The notes beneath the pieces were generated by a model. It saw nothing but the letters and a program-made list of their open reading frames with translations, did not search any database and was not told the origin of the DNA. From positions 5,117-69,116 of the forward strand of contig JAFUOY010000017.1 in the NCBI GenBank assembly GCA_017481595.1: a DNA stretch of 64,000 nucleotides, read 5' to 3'. Numbering within the stretch: position 1 is the stretch's first letter; every line of letters begins with the position of its first letter. This document shows, piece by piece, positions 1 through 8,564 of the stretch. This stretch comes from Clostridia bacterium. Its GTDB lineage: Bacteria > Bacillota > Clostridia > Oscillospirales > CAG-272. The position numbers and the translations under genes were made by a program.

Positions 1-809
1 ATGGGTTGAAGCTTTGTTCCTGAGGAATCCGCTGTGGGGATGGAGCGCAAAAGACCCTTTGTATATTCGTGACAGGGGTTGTAGAATATTTCATCCGCCG
101 TACCCTGCTCACAAATAGAGCCTGCGTACATAACGATGACCTCGTCACACATCTGCGCAACTACGCCAAGGTCGTGAGTGATCATAATAATAGCCATACC
201 AAGCTCCTTCTGAAGCTGATTCATAAGCTCAAGGATCTGAGCCTGAATAGTAACGTCAAGGGCTGTGGTGGGCTCGTCGGCGATAAGGATATCGGGCTCG
301 CAGGCAAGTGCCATAGCGATTACGATTCTCTGTCTCATACCGCCGGAAAATTCGAAGGGATACTGGTTCATTCTCTTTTCGGGCTCGTTGATGTTTACAA
401 GCTTAAGCATTTCAATAGCTCTTGCCTTTGCCTCCTCCTTGTTACGGGGAGTGTGGAGCAAAATTGCCTCCATAAGCTGGTGCCCGATGGTGTAGGTGGG
501 GTTAAGAGATGTCATAGGGTCCTGGAAGATTATAGAGATCTTGTTACCGCGAACAGTTCTCATAACCTTTTCACCGGAGTTTACAAGCTCCTGTCCGTCA
601 AGCTTAACGGAGCCGGAAACTATTTTACCGGTGGATGCAAGAATTTGCATAATGGAATAAGCGGTAACGGATTTACCCGAGCCTGATTCTCCAACTATAC
701 CGAGAACCTTACCGCGTTCAAGACTGAAGGAAACGCCGTTTACGGCTTTAACCTCGCCCGCATCCGTAAAGAAGGAGGTATGCAGGTCTTTTACTTCAAG
801 TAATGCCAT
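1..809 (-). CDS. oppD: Oligopeptide ABC transporter ATP-binding subunit (3' end runs off the window)
   Basis: Not in the ORF track. Reverse strand from ATG 809 reads MALLEVKDLHTSFFTDAGEVKAVNGVSFSLERGKVLGIVGESGSGKS (Walker A); GGAGG RBS; follows oppC. Confidence 0.93.
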   Translation of the reverse strand, partial: MALLEVKDLHTSFFTDAGEVKAVNGVSFSLERGKVLGIVGESGSGKSVTAYSIMQILASTGKIVSGSVKLDGQELVNSGEKVMRTVRGNKISIIFQDPMTSLNPTYTIGHQLMEAILLHTPRNKEEAKARAIEMLKLVNINEPEKRMNQYPFEFSGGMRQRIVIAMALACEPDILIADEPTTALDVTIQAQILELMNQLQKELGMAIIMITHDLGVVAQMCDEVIVMYAGSICEQGTADEIFYNPCHEYTKGLLRSIPTADSSGTKLQP

Positions 810-823
810 ATTTACGTTCCTCC

Positions 824-1885
824 TTAGCTATTGATCTTGGGGTCAAAGGCATCGCGCAAGCCGTCGCCAAAGAGGTTCAAGGAAAGCACGATAAGTGAAA
901 TTACGATTGCAGGGATAACCAGACGGTAGGGATAAGACATAACACCGTTGAGTGCGTCGCTGGCAAGGGAGCCAAGGGACGGCATAGGCGCGTTTACACC
1001 GAGACCGATAAAGGAAAGGTAGCTTTCCGTAAAGATAGCGCTGGGGATCTGGAGAGCTGTGGAAATAATGATAACGCTGATACAGTTAGGTACCAAGTGC
1101 TTCATAATGATCCAACGGCTGCCTGCGCCCGTTGCTTTTGCAGAGAGAACGTATTCCTGCTCACGAAGGGAGAGGATCTGACCTCTTATAAGTCTTGCCA
1201 TGGATACCCAGTAAAGAAGGGCGAATACGATAAACAAGCTTATTATGTTTCCGCCAATAGCCTCAAGGAACGTACCCTTTAAGGCGTCTCCGAATACCAG
1301 CTTAAATACGGTAGCAAGAAGAATAACCATAAGCATATCGGGAAGTGAGTAGATAATATCAACGATACGCATTATAACAAGGTCCACCTTGCCGCCGAGA
1401 TAACCTGCAAGGGAGCCGATGGTCATACCGATAACAAGAACGATAATGCTGGCAAAGAAGCCTACGGTAAGTGAAATTCTCGTACCGTATACCACTCGTA
1501 TAAAGTAATCTCTGCCTGCGGAGTCAGTACCGAAAATATGGGGGAATACCTTTTCGCCGTTTTCAATACGCTCAAGCTCTGTTGCGCCGTATTCAAAGGG
1601 CTTTAAGTTGTTGTAAGATGGATCAACGGGCTTAAAAAGCTGCTGACCGAGCTGCTCGTCATACTCATAGGGCCATACCATAGGTATGATAAGACAAGCG
1701 ATAGTAATAAATACAATAATAAAGAAGCTTACTGTTGCTACTTTGTTTTTGAGAAGACGCTTTACGCCGTCCTTAAAGAAGGTTGACGGAGGACGCATCT
1801 TGACCATATATTCTTTTTCTTCAGCGGTAGCGGGAATGAATTGATCTAAATCCACCTGCATGCTGAAAGGATTTTTCTTTTTCAT
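824..1885 (-). CDS. oppC: Oligopeptide ABC transporter permease
   Basis: HIFGTDSAGRD motif; EAA loop EYVLSAKATGA; LFGDGLRDAFDP C-terminus. Confidence 0.93.
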   Translation of the reverse strand: MKKKNPFSMQVDLDQFIPATAEEKEYMVKMRPPSTFFKDGVKRLLKNKVATVSFFIIVFITIACLIIPMVWPYEYDEQLGQQLFKPVDPSYNNLKPFEYGATELERIENGEKVFPHIFGTDSAGRDYFIRVVYGTRISLTVGFFASIIVLVIGMTIGSLAGYLGGKVDLVIMRIVDIIYSLPDMLMVILLATVFKLVFGDALKGTFLEAIGGNIISLFIVFALLYWVSMARLIRGQILSLREQEYVLSAKATGAGSRWIIMKHLVPNCISVIIISTALQIPSAIFTESYLSFIGLGVNAPMPSLGSLASDALNGVMSYPYRLVIPAIVISLIVLSLNLFGDGLRDAFDPKINS

Positions 1886-1900
1886 GACGATCCCCTTTCT

Positions 1901-2827
1901 TTATTCCAAGGTAATACGAGGGTCAACCACTTTATAAAGGATATCGCCCACGAGGTTCATAATAACGATAAGGCTGGCAAGAATAATAGTTGTACCCATA
2001 ACCATAGGATAGTCACGGTTTGTAATGCTGCTAACAAATTCCTTACCGATACCTGCAACGCCGAAGATCTTTTCAACAACGAGGGAGCCTGTAACGATAT
2101 AAGCAAGCATAGGACCAAAGTATGTGATTACGGGGATAAGCGCGTTCTTGAGCGCGTGGCCAAAAATAATTTTCGGACCGGAAACACCCTTAGCCTTAGC
2201 AGTTCTTATGTAGTCCTGACCGAGAACGTCAAGCATGGAGGAACGGGTAAGACGGGTAATGTGTGCCATAGGATAAAGGGCAAGAGTGATAGTAGGAAGG
2301 ATAAGACCGCCTGCAGTATCACCGAAGGTGTGCATATTCAACACAAACGAGCCTAACAGTAATAGAGCAGTACCCATAATAAATGAAGGCATTGAAATAA
2401 ATGCGGTGGTAATAACCATTATTACACGGTCAATAACCTTATTTCTCTTAAGTGCCGCAACGGAGCCGAGTACAACGCCGATAACCAGCGCGGAGGCAGC
2501 TGCGATAAGACCGAGGGTTGCGGAGGTCTTCATACCGTCACTAATAATATCAACAACCGTACGTCCTCTCTGCTTAATGGAAGGACCGAAATCAAACTCG
2601 GTAATAATATCCTTCAGATAGGTGATGTACTGCTGGAACAATGGCTTGTCCAAGCCGTATTTTTCTTTTAGCGCCGCTTCAACCTCAGGTGAAACAGCCT
2701 TTTCTGCCGTAAAAGGACCGCCGGGTATCAGGTGAACTACGAAAAAGGTTACCGTAATAACAACCCAAATGGTCAAAATGGCAAGTAGAATTCGCTTTAA
2801 GATATATAACATCGTTTTGGAATTCAT
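1901..2827 (-). CDS. oppB: Oligopeptide ABC transporter permease
   Basis: PGGPF, YGLDKPLFQQY, DYIRTAKAKG, VDPRI motifs. Confidence 0.93.
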   Translation of the reverse strand: MNSKTMLYILKRILLAILTIWVVITVTFFVVHLIPGGPFTAEKAVSPEVEAALKEKYGLDKPLFQQYITYLKDIITEFDFGPSIKQRGRTVVDIISDGMKTSATLGLIAAASALVIGVVLGSVAALKRNKVIDRVIMVITTAFISMPSFIMGTALLLLGSFVLNMHTFGDTAGGLILPTITLALYPMAHITRLTRSSMLDVLGQDYIRTAKAKGVSGPKIIFGHALKNALIPVITYFGPMLAYIVTGSLVVEKIFGVAGIGKEFVSSITNRDYPMVMGTTIILASLIVIMNLVGDILYKVVDPRITLE

Positions 2828-3090
2828 TTAATACCTTTCCTTTCTTCCCATACGCTAAAACCTTTTAAAATAAAAAAAGCGTATGGCTATGTTAGATTAT
2901 TTGGCAAATGGGCAATAAAAATTTGAAGAAATATCGTAAAATAAATGATAAAATTCCTTAAAAATCAGTCTGCTCGAAAAATTAGCCAAAAACATTATAG
3001 CACAAAGATTTCTTTTTGTCAATTAGTACTAAATATATTATATAATATTTTTTTAAAAAATAAAATAAATGAAGAAAATGAAAAAAGGTA

Positions 3091-3119
3091 TTGACACGAT
3101 ATAAATTTTGTGATATCAT
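3091..3119 (+). promoter_or_regulatory. Sigma-A promoter probably driving E1-E2-tRNA-Ser
   Basis: TTGACA-17 nt-TATCAT with extended -10 TG. Confidence 0.65.
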
Positions 3120-3163
3120 ATTTAGGCAATAAAAAGCAGAAATGCATTGTTATAATTTGATAA

Positions 3164-3292
3164 GCAGGAATAGCAAAACCTTGTTTTGTGCTTCGGCAGC
3201 CCCTTGTGAGCGAGCTCCCAGATGGCTTTGCCTTGCATACGCAGCGGATTCGCGAAATAAATATCGCGAGCCACTTCGATATGACGCCTGCA
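3164..3292 (+). ncRNA. Structured 129-nt element E1 (unknown family)
   Basis: GCAGG...CCTGC closing stem and three internal stems; 40/44-nt core shared with E2. Confidence 0.6.
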
Positions 3293-3346
3293 TATTTAAT
3301 TGTAGCGATGCACAAAATTAGAAATGCAGATGAAGCATTATAGTAT

Positions 3347-3475
3347 ACAGGAATATCTCACTGACGTGAGGTTACCCACACTTGCCGCTTACAAGCGAGC
3401 TTGACACGGCTTTGTGGGGTACACGCAGCGGATTCGCGAAATGGATTTCGCGAGCCAATTCGATATTGACCTGCA
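3347..3475 (+). ncRNA. Structured 129-nt element E2 (unknown family)
   Basis: Same length and stem layout as E1, with compensatory stem sequences. Confidence 0.6.
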
Positions 3476-3502
3476 TATATGATGCAAGGCTGCATCATAT
3501 AT

Positions 3503-3590
3503 GCAGGAATATCGAAGCGGTCACAACGAGGCGGTCTTGAAAACCGTTAGGCCAAAAGCCACGGGGGTTCGAATCCCTCTTCCTGCGCCA
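3503..3590 (+). tRNA. tRNA-Ser(TGA)
   Basis: Acceptor GCAGGAA/TTCCTGC, anticodon arm GCGGT-CTTGAAA-ACCGT, long variable arm, TTCGAAT T-loop, G73 and encoded CCA. Confidence 0.96.
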
Positions 3591-3592
3591 AC

Positions 3593-3632
3593 AAAAAGAG
3601 AACATTTGTCGGTAGACAAATGTTCTCTTTTT
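3593..3632 (+). terminator. Intrinsic terminator of the tRNA-Ser transcript
   Basis: AAAAAGAGAACATTTGTC-GGTA-GACAAATGTTCTCTTTTT. Confidence 0.85.
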
Positions 3633-3638
3633 GTTTAT

Positions 3639-3817
3639 CCAAGCCGCAGGCTTGGCATATCATCACGACGCAGTCGTGTATATCATCAAGGGCGCAATGC
3701 GCCCTTGTATCTCATCACGCGCCAGCGTGCATCTCCCTGCGGCTTGATGATATACAATGCTTCGCATTGATGATATACCGCAACAAGTTGCGGATGATAT
3801 ACAAGGCTACGCCTTGA
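3639..3817. repeat. Hairpin array A (TATATCAT/ATGATATA linkers, 7 hairpins)
   Basis: 4 hairpins joined by YATMTCAT, then 3 hairpins each preceded by ATGATATA. Confidence 0.85.
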
Positions 3818-3946
3818 TTTATTTACAAAAGCATGGTATAATGAAATAAAAAAGTCAGTGTCCTTTTTATTTGGCTCCGGTACGAGAGGATTCTCACGTC
3901 TTTTTGTGTTGCCTACGTCAAATCTTTTCCATAATTATAAAATAAG

Positions 3947-3977
3947 AAAGCGGCACTTCAAAAGGAGTACCGCTTTT
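3947..3977. terminator. Terminator downstream of the GH4 gene
   Basis: AAAGCGGCACTTC-AAAA-GGAGTACCGCTTT. Confidence 0.65.
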
Positions 3978-3990
3978 GTCATAGCTTATC

Positions 3991-5391
3991 TTATTTCTCA
4001 AGCTCGCTAAGGTCGTAGTCGGAGAGGTATTTCTTTGTGTTGAGTACCATTTCCTTAAACATCTTTTCTGCGTCCTTAAGTCCGCAGGTAACGAGAGGGT
4101 CGGATGAAAAGGCGTTGAAGATAGCCTTAAGGTCACGGCGTGTAATTCCGTCAAATACTGCTTCCTGCTCTGCGCAGATACGGGAGATCAAGGAATGTAT
4201 CTCTGTGGGGATATTTCCTGCAAAAACGGGAGTTACCTCATCGGAACGGAAGATAGCGTTTGTTTCAACGATAGCGCCCAAGGGAAGATTGGGAATCTGT
4301 CCTCTGTTGGGGATATTTACGTTTGTTACAAGGTCTTTAAGACCGAGAAGAGCGCGCATCTGATTTACACCGTCCTCTCCTGTTTTCCAAATCTTTACCT
4401 CCTCTTCGCCACTAAGAAGCTTACGGCTTCTTTCAAGTCTGTTTGCAAGGTCCTGTTTACGCCAGCTTACGGGAGTCAATGCAAATTTCATTTCGTGTAC
4501 TCTTTCGGGGCTTTCAAGATACCATTTGCCGGGGCAGAATTCTGCTAAGTGACGGTCACCTGCTGCCGCAATGTAGCCGAAGCGTCTGAAAAGATCGATT
4601 CTTACCTTGAATTGGCTGGAGAAATGGTTGTTCATCCAGTTGTTGTCAGCCTTTGTGGGTAAGCCGTCGGAATATTTTTCACAAAATTCCTTGTAATAAG
4701 GAAAAAGATCTATTCCGTGATAGGAAGCGGAGGTAAGCCAGGTGAAGTGATTTACAGACACAGGGTTGACCTTTATTTCTTCACGTGAGGCAGTTTCGCC
4801 CAAATATTCCTCGATAACGTAGCCAAGAAGTCCCTGTGTACCGAATACCTCGTGACAGCAACCGAATGCCTTTATCTCGGGGAACACATTGTAAAGTGTT
4901 TTTACGCAAAGGGTCATGGGGTTTGTATAATTTATTACCCACGCGTTGGGAGAAAATTCCTTTATGTATCTGCCTATTTCCTCGAACATAGGAATAGTTC
5001 TCATAGCGCGTACGATGCCACCGGGGCCTGTTGTGTCACCAACGGGCTGATAAATACCGTACTTTTCGGGGGTGTGTACGTCTGACTCCATTTCATCAAA
5101 AGTGCCGGGGAGTATGGATATAACTACAAAATCCGCGCCTGTAAGAGCCTCCTTTGGTGTTTCCACCGCGTAGTAGATCCACTTGGATTTTGCCCCCTCA
5201 CAATCGTTGAACTTGTTGCCTATTATTTCGTTTGCTTTAGCCGCATCCTTATCAATATCGTAAAGATATACGCATCCACTCATGTCATCTGCGGAGGCAA
5301 GGTCACTCATTAGTCCCCATGCCCAGCCGCGTGAGCCGCCGCCAATATAAGCGATCTTTACGTCCGTTGCCTTTTTGTCGATTATTTTCAT
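3991..5391 (-). CDS. GH4 NAD-dependent alpha-galacturonidase (LplD-like)
   Basis: IAYIGGGS, GDTTGPGG, NYTNP and GCCHEV motif; start moved to MKIIDKK (GGAGG RBS). Confidence 0.85.
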   Translation of the reverse strand: MKIIDKKATDVKIAYIGGGSRGWAWGLMSDLASADDMSGCVYLYDIDKDAAKANEIIGNKFNDCEGAKSKWIYYAVETPKEALTGADFVVISILPGTFDEMESDVHTPEKYGIYQPVGDTTGPGGIVRAMRTIPMFEEIGRYIKEFSPNAWVINYTNPMTLCVKTLYNVFPEIKAFGCCHEVFGTQGLLGYVIEEYLGETASREEIKVNPVSVNHFTWLTSASYHGIDLFPYYKEFCEKYSDGLPTKADNNWMNNHFSSQFKVRIDLFRRFGYIAAAGDRHLAEFCPGKWYLESPERVHEMKFALTPVSWRKQDLANRLERSRKLLSGEEEVKIWKTGEDGVNQMRALLGLKDLVTNVNIPNRGQIPNLPLGAIVETNAIFRSDEVTPVFAGNIPTEIHSLISRICAEQEAVFDGITRRDLKAIFNAFSSDPLVTCGLKDAEKMFKEMVLNTKKYLSDYDLSELEK

Positions 5392-5554
5392 AAAAAACCT
5401 CCTAAAAAATAGTTCTTCAACAAAAAGTATAAACCTTTTTTTAAAAAAGTCAAGCATATTGAAAAAATAAGCTCAAAATAAAGAATAAATAATTGAAATT
5501 ATATGCGCTTCTATGTTAAAATAAGAAAAAAGCATATTTTAAAGGAGAATAAAT

Positions 5555-7282
5555 ATGAGAAGATTGTTTGATGAGCACGTAAAAAGAAACGTAATCGACC
5601 TGAACGGTACATGGGGCTTTAAGATTGACCGTGACAACGTGGGTGAGGCTGAGGGATGGCAAAACGGACTTCCTTGCGGTGATGAAACCACCGTACCCTC
5701 CTGCTGGAACAACGAGCTCAGACTTTTGAATTACGAGGGCTGCTGCTGGTATGAAAGAAAATTCAGAACGGAGGGCGGCACCCTGCTTCTGGAATTTGAA
5801 AGCGTAATGACTCTTGCAACCGTATGGCTTGACGGCGTTAAGCTTGGCGAGCATTACGGCGCGTTTACCGAATTTGAATTCGTTGTAAACGATGTTAAGG
5901 CGGGAGAGCATACTCTTGTTGTCCGCGCCGACAGCAGATTTGACGAGCATTCCTTCCCCCAGAGATATACGGACTGGTTTAACTACGGCGGTATTGCAAG
6001 AAGCGTTTCCGCCCACGAGCTTAAGGGTATTTCCATTCTTTCAAACCATTTGGTTTACGAATTGTCCGAGGACCTTAAGGACGTTACCGTAAGCGCTAAG
6101 CTTGACCTTTATAACGCTTGCGAAGGCTCCGTAACCTCTCCCTTGTCCGTTACCGTTGGTGACGTAACCGTTTACGACGGAGAAATTACCCTTGACGGAT
6201 ACGAAAGAAGGACCTACGAAACACCCAAGGTAACTATTGAAAACGTAGCTATCTGGGATCCAAAGACACCCAATTTGTACACCGTAGCCGTAAAAACCGA
6301 TACGGACGACCTTATTGACAGAGTAGGCTTCAGAAAAATAGAGGTTAAGGACGTAAAGATACTTTTAAACGGCAAGCCTATTGAGCTTCTTGGCGTAAAC
6401 AGACACGACGAGCATCCCGACTGGGGCTTTGCATTCCCGCCCAAGCTTATGAAAAAGGACCTTGATCTTATTGAGGACCTCGGATGTAACACCATAAGAG
6501 GATCGCACTATCCCAACTCCAAGATATTCCTCGATATGCTTGACAAGCGCGGAATTTTGTTCTGGAGTGAGATCCCTATGTGGGGCGTTGGCTTTAGTGA
6601 AAAGTCACTTCTTGATCCCATTATCGAGGAGCGCGGAACGAATATGCACGAGGAAATGGTGCGTCAGTATTACAACCATCCCTCAATTATCCTTTGGGGT
6701 ATGCATAACGAAATTCCCACCTATTCACCCAATTCCTACCACCTTTCCGAAAAGTGGTCGAAGATCCTTCGCGCAAAGGGCGGTAACCGTCTTATTACCC
6801 ACGCATCCTGTCATCCCATGAAGGATAACGATATGGGCTTTGACGACGTTATCAGCATAAATATTTATCACGGCTGGTACAGATACGGCGGATATAACGG
6901 CACTCTTCAGGACTGGGATAAGATGGTTGAGGACTTGAGAGCCCGCAGAAAGGAAATGGGCTGGGAGGATAAGCCCGTTGTAATGAGCGAGTTCGGCGCG
7001 GCTGCATTGGCAGGCTTCCACTCCCACTTTGACGACGTGCGCTGGAGCGAGGAATATCAGAGAGACCTTCTTGAATACACCCTCGAGCTTTTCCATAAGA
7101 CCGACTATATGAACGGCACGTACATCTGGCAGTTCTGTAATATAAGAACGTCACCCTCAACGGACCTTAACAGAGTAAGATACTTCAACAACAAGGGTAT
7201 TCTTGACGAGTACAGAAATCCCAAGGCATCCTACTTCAAGGTTAAGGAGCTTTATCATAAATACGCAAAAGAGGGTAAATGA
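5555..7282 (+). CDS. GH2 beta-glucuronidase/beta-galacturonidase
   Basis: DWFNYGGI, GVNRH, IRGSHYP, WGMHNE, MSEFG and NxKG (NNKG) motifs. Confidence 0.88.
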   Translation: MRRLFDEHVKRNVIDLNGTWGFKIDRDNVGEAEGWQNGLPCGDETTVPSCWNNELRLLNYEGCCWYERKFRTEGGTLLLEFESVMTLATVWLDGVKLGEHYGAFTEFEFVVNDVKAGEHTLVVRADSRFDEHSFPQRYTDWFNYGGIARSVSAHELKGISILSNHLVYELSEDLKDVTVSAKLDLYNACEGSVTSPLSVTVGDVTVYDGEITLDGYERRTYETPKVTIENVAIWDPKTPNLYTVAVKTDTDDLIDRVGFRKIEVKDVKILLNGKPIELLGVNRHDEHPDWGFAFPPKLMKKDLDLIEDLGCNTIRGSHYPNSKIFLDMLDKRGILFWSEIPMWGVGFSEKSLLDPIIEERGTNMHEEMVRQYYNHPSIILWGMHNEIPTYSPNSYHLSEKWSKILRAKGGNRLITHASCHPMKDNDMGFDDVISINIYHGWYRYGGYNGTLQDWDKMVEDLRARRKEMGWEDKPVVMSEFGAAALAGFHSHFDDVRWSEEYQRDLLEYTLELFHKTDYMNGTYIWQFCNIRTSPSTDLNRVRYFNNKGILDEYRNPKASYFKVKELYHKYAKEGK

Positions 7283-7283
7283 A

Positions 7284-8564
7284 ATGACGAATAAAAGACC
7301 TTTAAAAGTTATTCAGTTTGGCGAGGGAGGCTTCCTTCGCGGATTTGTGGACTGGATGCTTCAGATAGTAAACGAAAAAACGGATTTTGACGGGGGTGTG
7401 GCTGTAGTTCAGCCTATCAAGGAGGGACTTTGCGACCTTCTTACCGCCCAGAATTGCGTTTATACACATCTTTGCAGAGGATGTGAGGGGGTAGATATAA
7501 AAAAGATAGACGTTATTGAAAAATGTATCAAGCCCTACGATAATTTTGATCAGTACATAGCTCTTGCTGAAAACAAGGACTTCCGCTTTATCGTATCCAA
7601 CACCACGGAGTCGGGTATTGCCTTCAATCCCGAGGACAAGATGACGGACCGTCCCGCAAGCTCCTTCCCCGGTAAGCTTACTCAGCTTCTTTATAAGAGA
7701 TACGAGCTGGGACTTGATGGCTTTGTATTCCTCCCCTGCGAGCTTATTGATAAAAACGGCGCTCAGCTTAAAAGGTGTATTCTTCAGTATGCGGAGCTTT
7801 GGAATCTCGGTGATGGCTTTGTAAGCTGGATAGAAAATGAAAATATTTTTACAAACACCCTCGTTGACCGTATCAACACAGGCTATCCGAGAGGGGAAAA
7901 GCTTGAGCTTGACTTTGATGACAGGATGGTAAACACCTCCGAGTATTTCCACCTTTGGGTAATTGACGGCTATGATAAGCTTTTTGAGGAGATCCCCTTT
8001 GATAAGTGCGGACTTAACGTAATTCTTACAAAGGAGCTTGAAAGATACCGCACAAGAAAGGTGCGTATCTTAAACGGCTCCCATACCTCAATGATACCCT
8101 ACGCATTGCTCTTAGGCGTAGAAACCGTAGGGGAGTGTCTGAAAAACGAGGTAATTTCCGCCCATCTTAAGAATTGCCAGGCAGAAATAGTTGACTCCCT
8201 TGATATGAACAGGGACGAAGCCCTTGAGTATGCGGACTCCGTAATGGTGCGCTTTGCAAACCCATATATTCAGCATAAATGTCAGTCCATAGCCTTAAAC
8301 TCCGTAAGCAAGTTCAAGGTAAGAGTTCTTCCCTCCATTCTTCAGTATGAGGAAAAGTTCGGCAAGACACCAAAGACCCTTATGTTCTCCTTTGCCAAGC
8401 TTATTGATTTTTATAGGGTTGGCACTCCCGACGACGCGGCAGACGTAACGGAGAAGATGAAAACGGGTACGGTCAAGGAAATTCTTGCGGACGCATCCCT
8501 TTGGGGACAGGACCTTTCCCGCTATGCAGACGAGGTAGAATCATATGCGGATACACATAAATGA
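7284..8564 (+). CDS. uxaB: Tagaturonate reductase (altronate oxidoreductase)
   Basis: QFGEGGFLRGF, SNTTESGI, KVRILNGSHT, IALNSVSKF; start at ATG 7284. Confidence 0.92.
   Translation: MTNKRPLKVIQFGEGGFLRGFVDWMLQIVNEKTDFDGGVAVVQPIKEGLCDLLTAQNCVYTHLCRGCEGVDIKKIDVIEKCIKPYDNFDQYIALAENKDFRFIVSNTTESGIAFNPEDKMTDRPASSFPGKLTQLLYKRYELGLDGFVFLPCELIDKNGAQLKRCILQYAELWNLGDGFVSWIENENIFTNTLVDRINTGYPRGEKLELDFDDRMVNTSEYFHLWVIDGYDKLFEEIPFDKCGLNVILTKELERYRTRKVRILNGSHTSMIPYALLLGVETVGECLKNEVISAHLKNCQAEIVDSLDMNRDEALEYADSVMVRFANPYIQHKCQSIALNSVSKFKVRVLPSILQYEEKFGKTPKTLMFSFAKLIDFYRVGTPDDAADVTEKMKTGTVKEILADASLWGQDLSRYADEVESYADTHK

Noticed and set aside
3164-3475. E1/E2 as tRNA, tRNA-Sec, T-box or tmRNA
   Set aside because: No 7-nt anticodon loop, no proper T-arm or CCA, no T-box AGGGTGGNACCGCG motif, no tag reading frame.
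3639-3817. CRISPR array (also 21476-21661)
   Set aside because: The constant parts are only 7-8 nt, the 'spacers' are self-complementary, orientation flips mid-array, and there are no cas genes.
3019-4154. Short ORFs 3019-3315, 3501-3770, 3620-3817 and 3918-4154
   Set aside because: They overlap the tRNA, repeats or the GH4 gene, lack an RBS and have non-protein-like composition.
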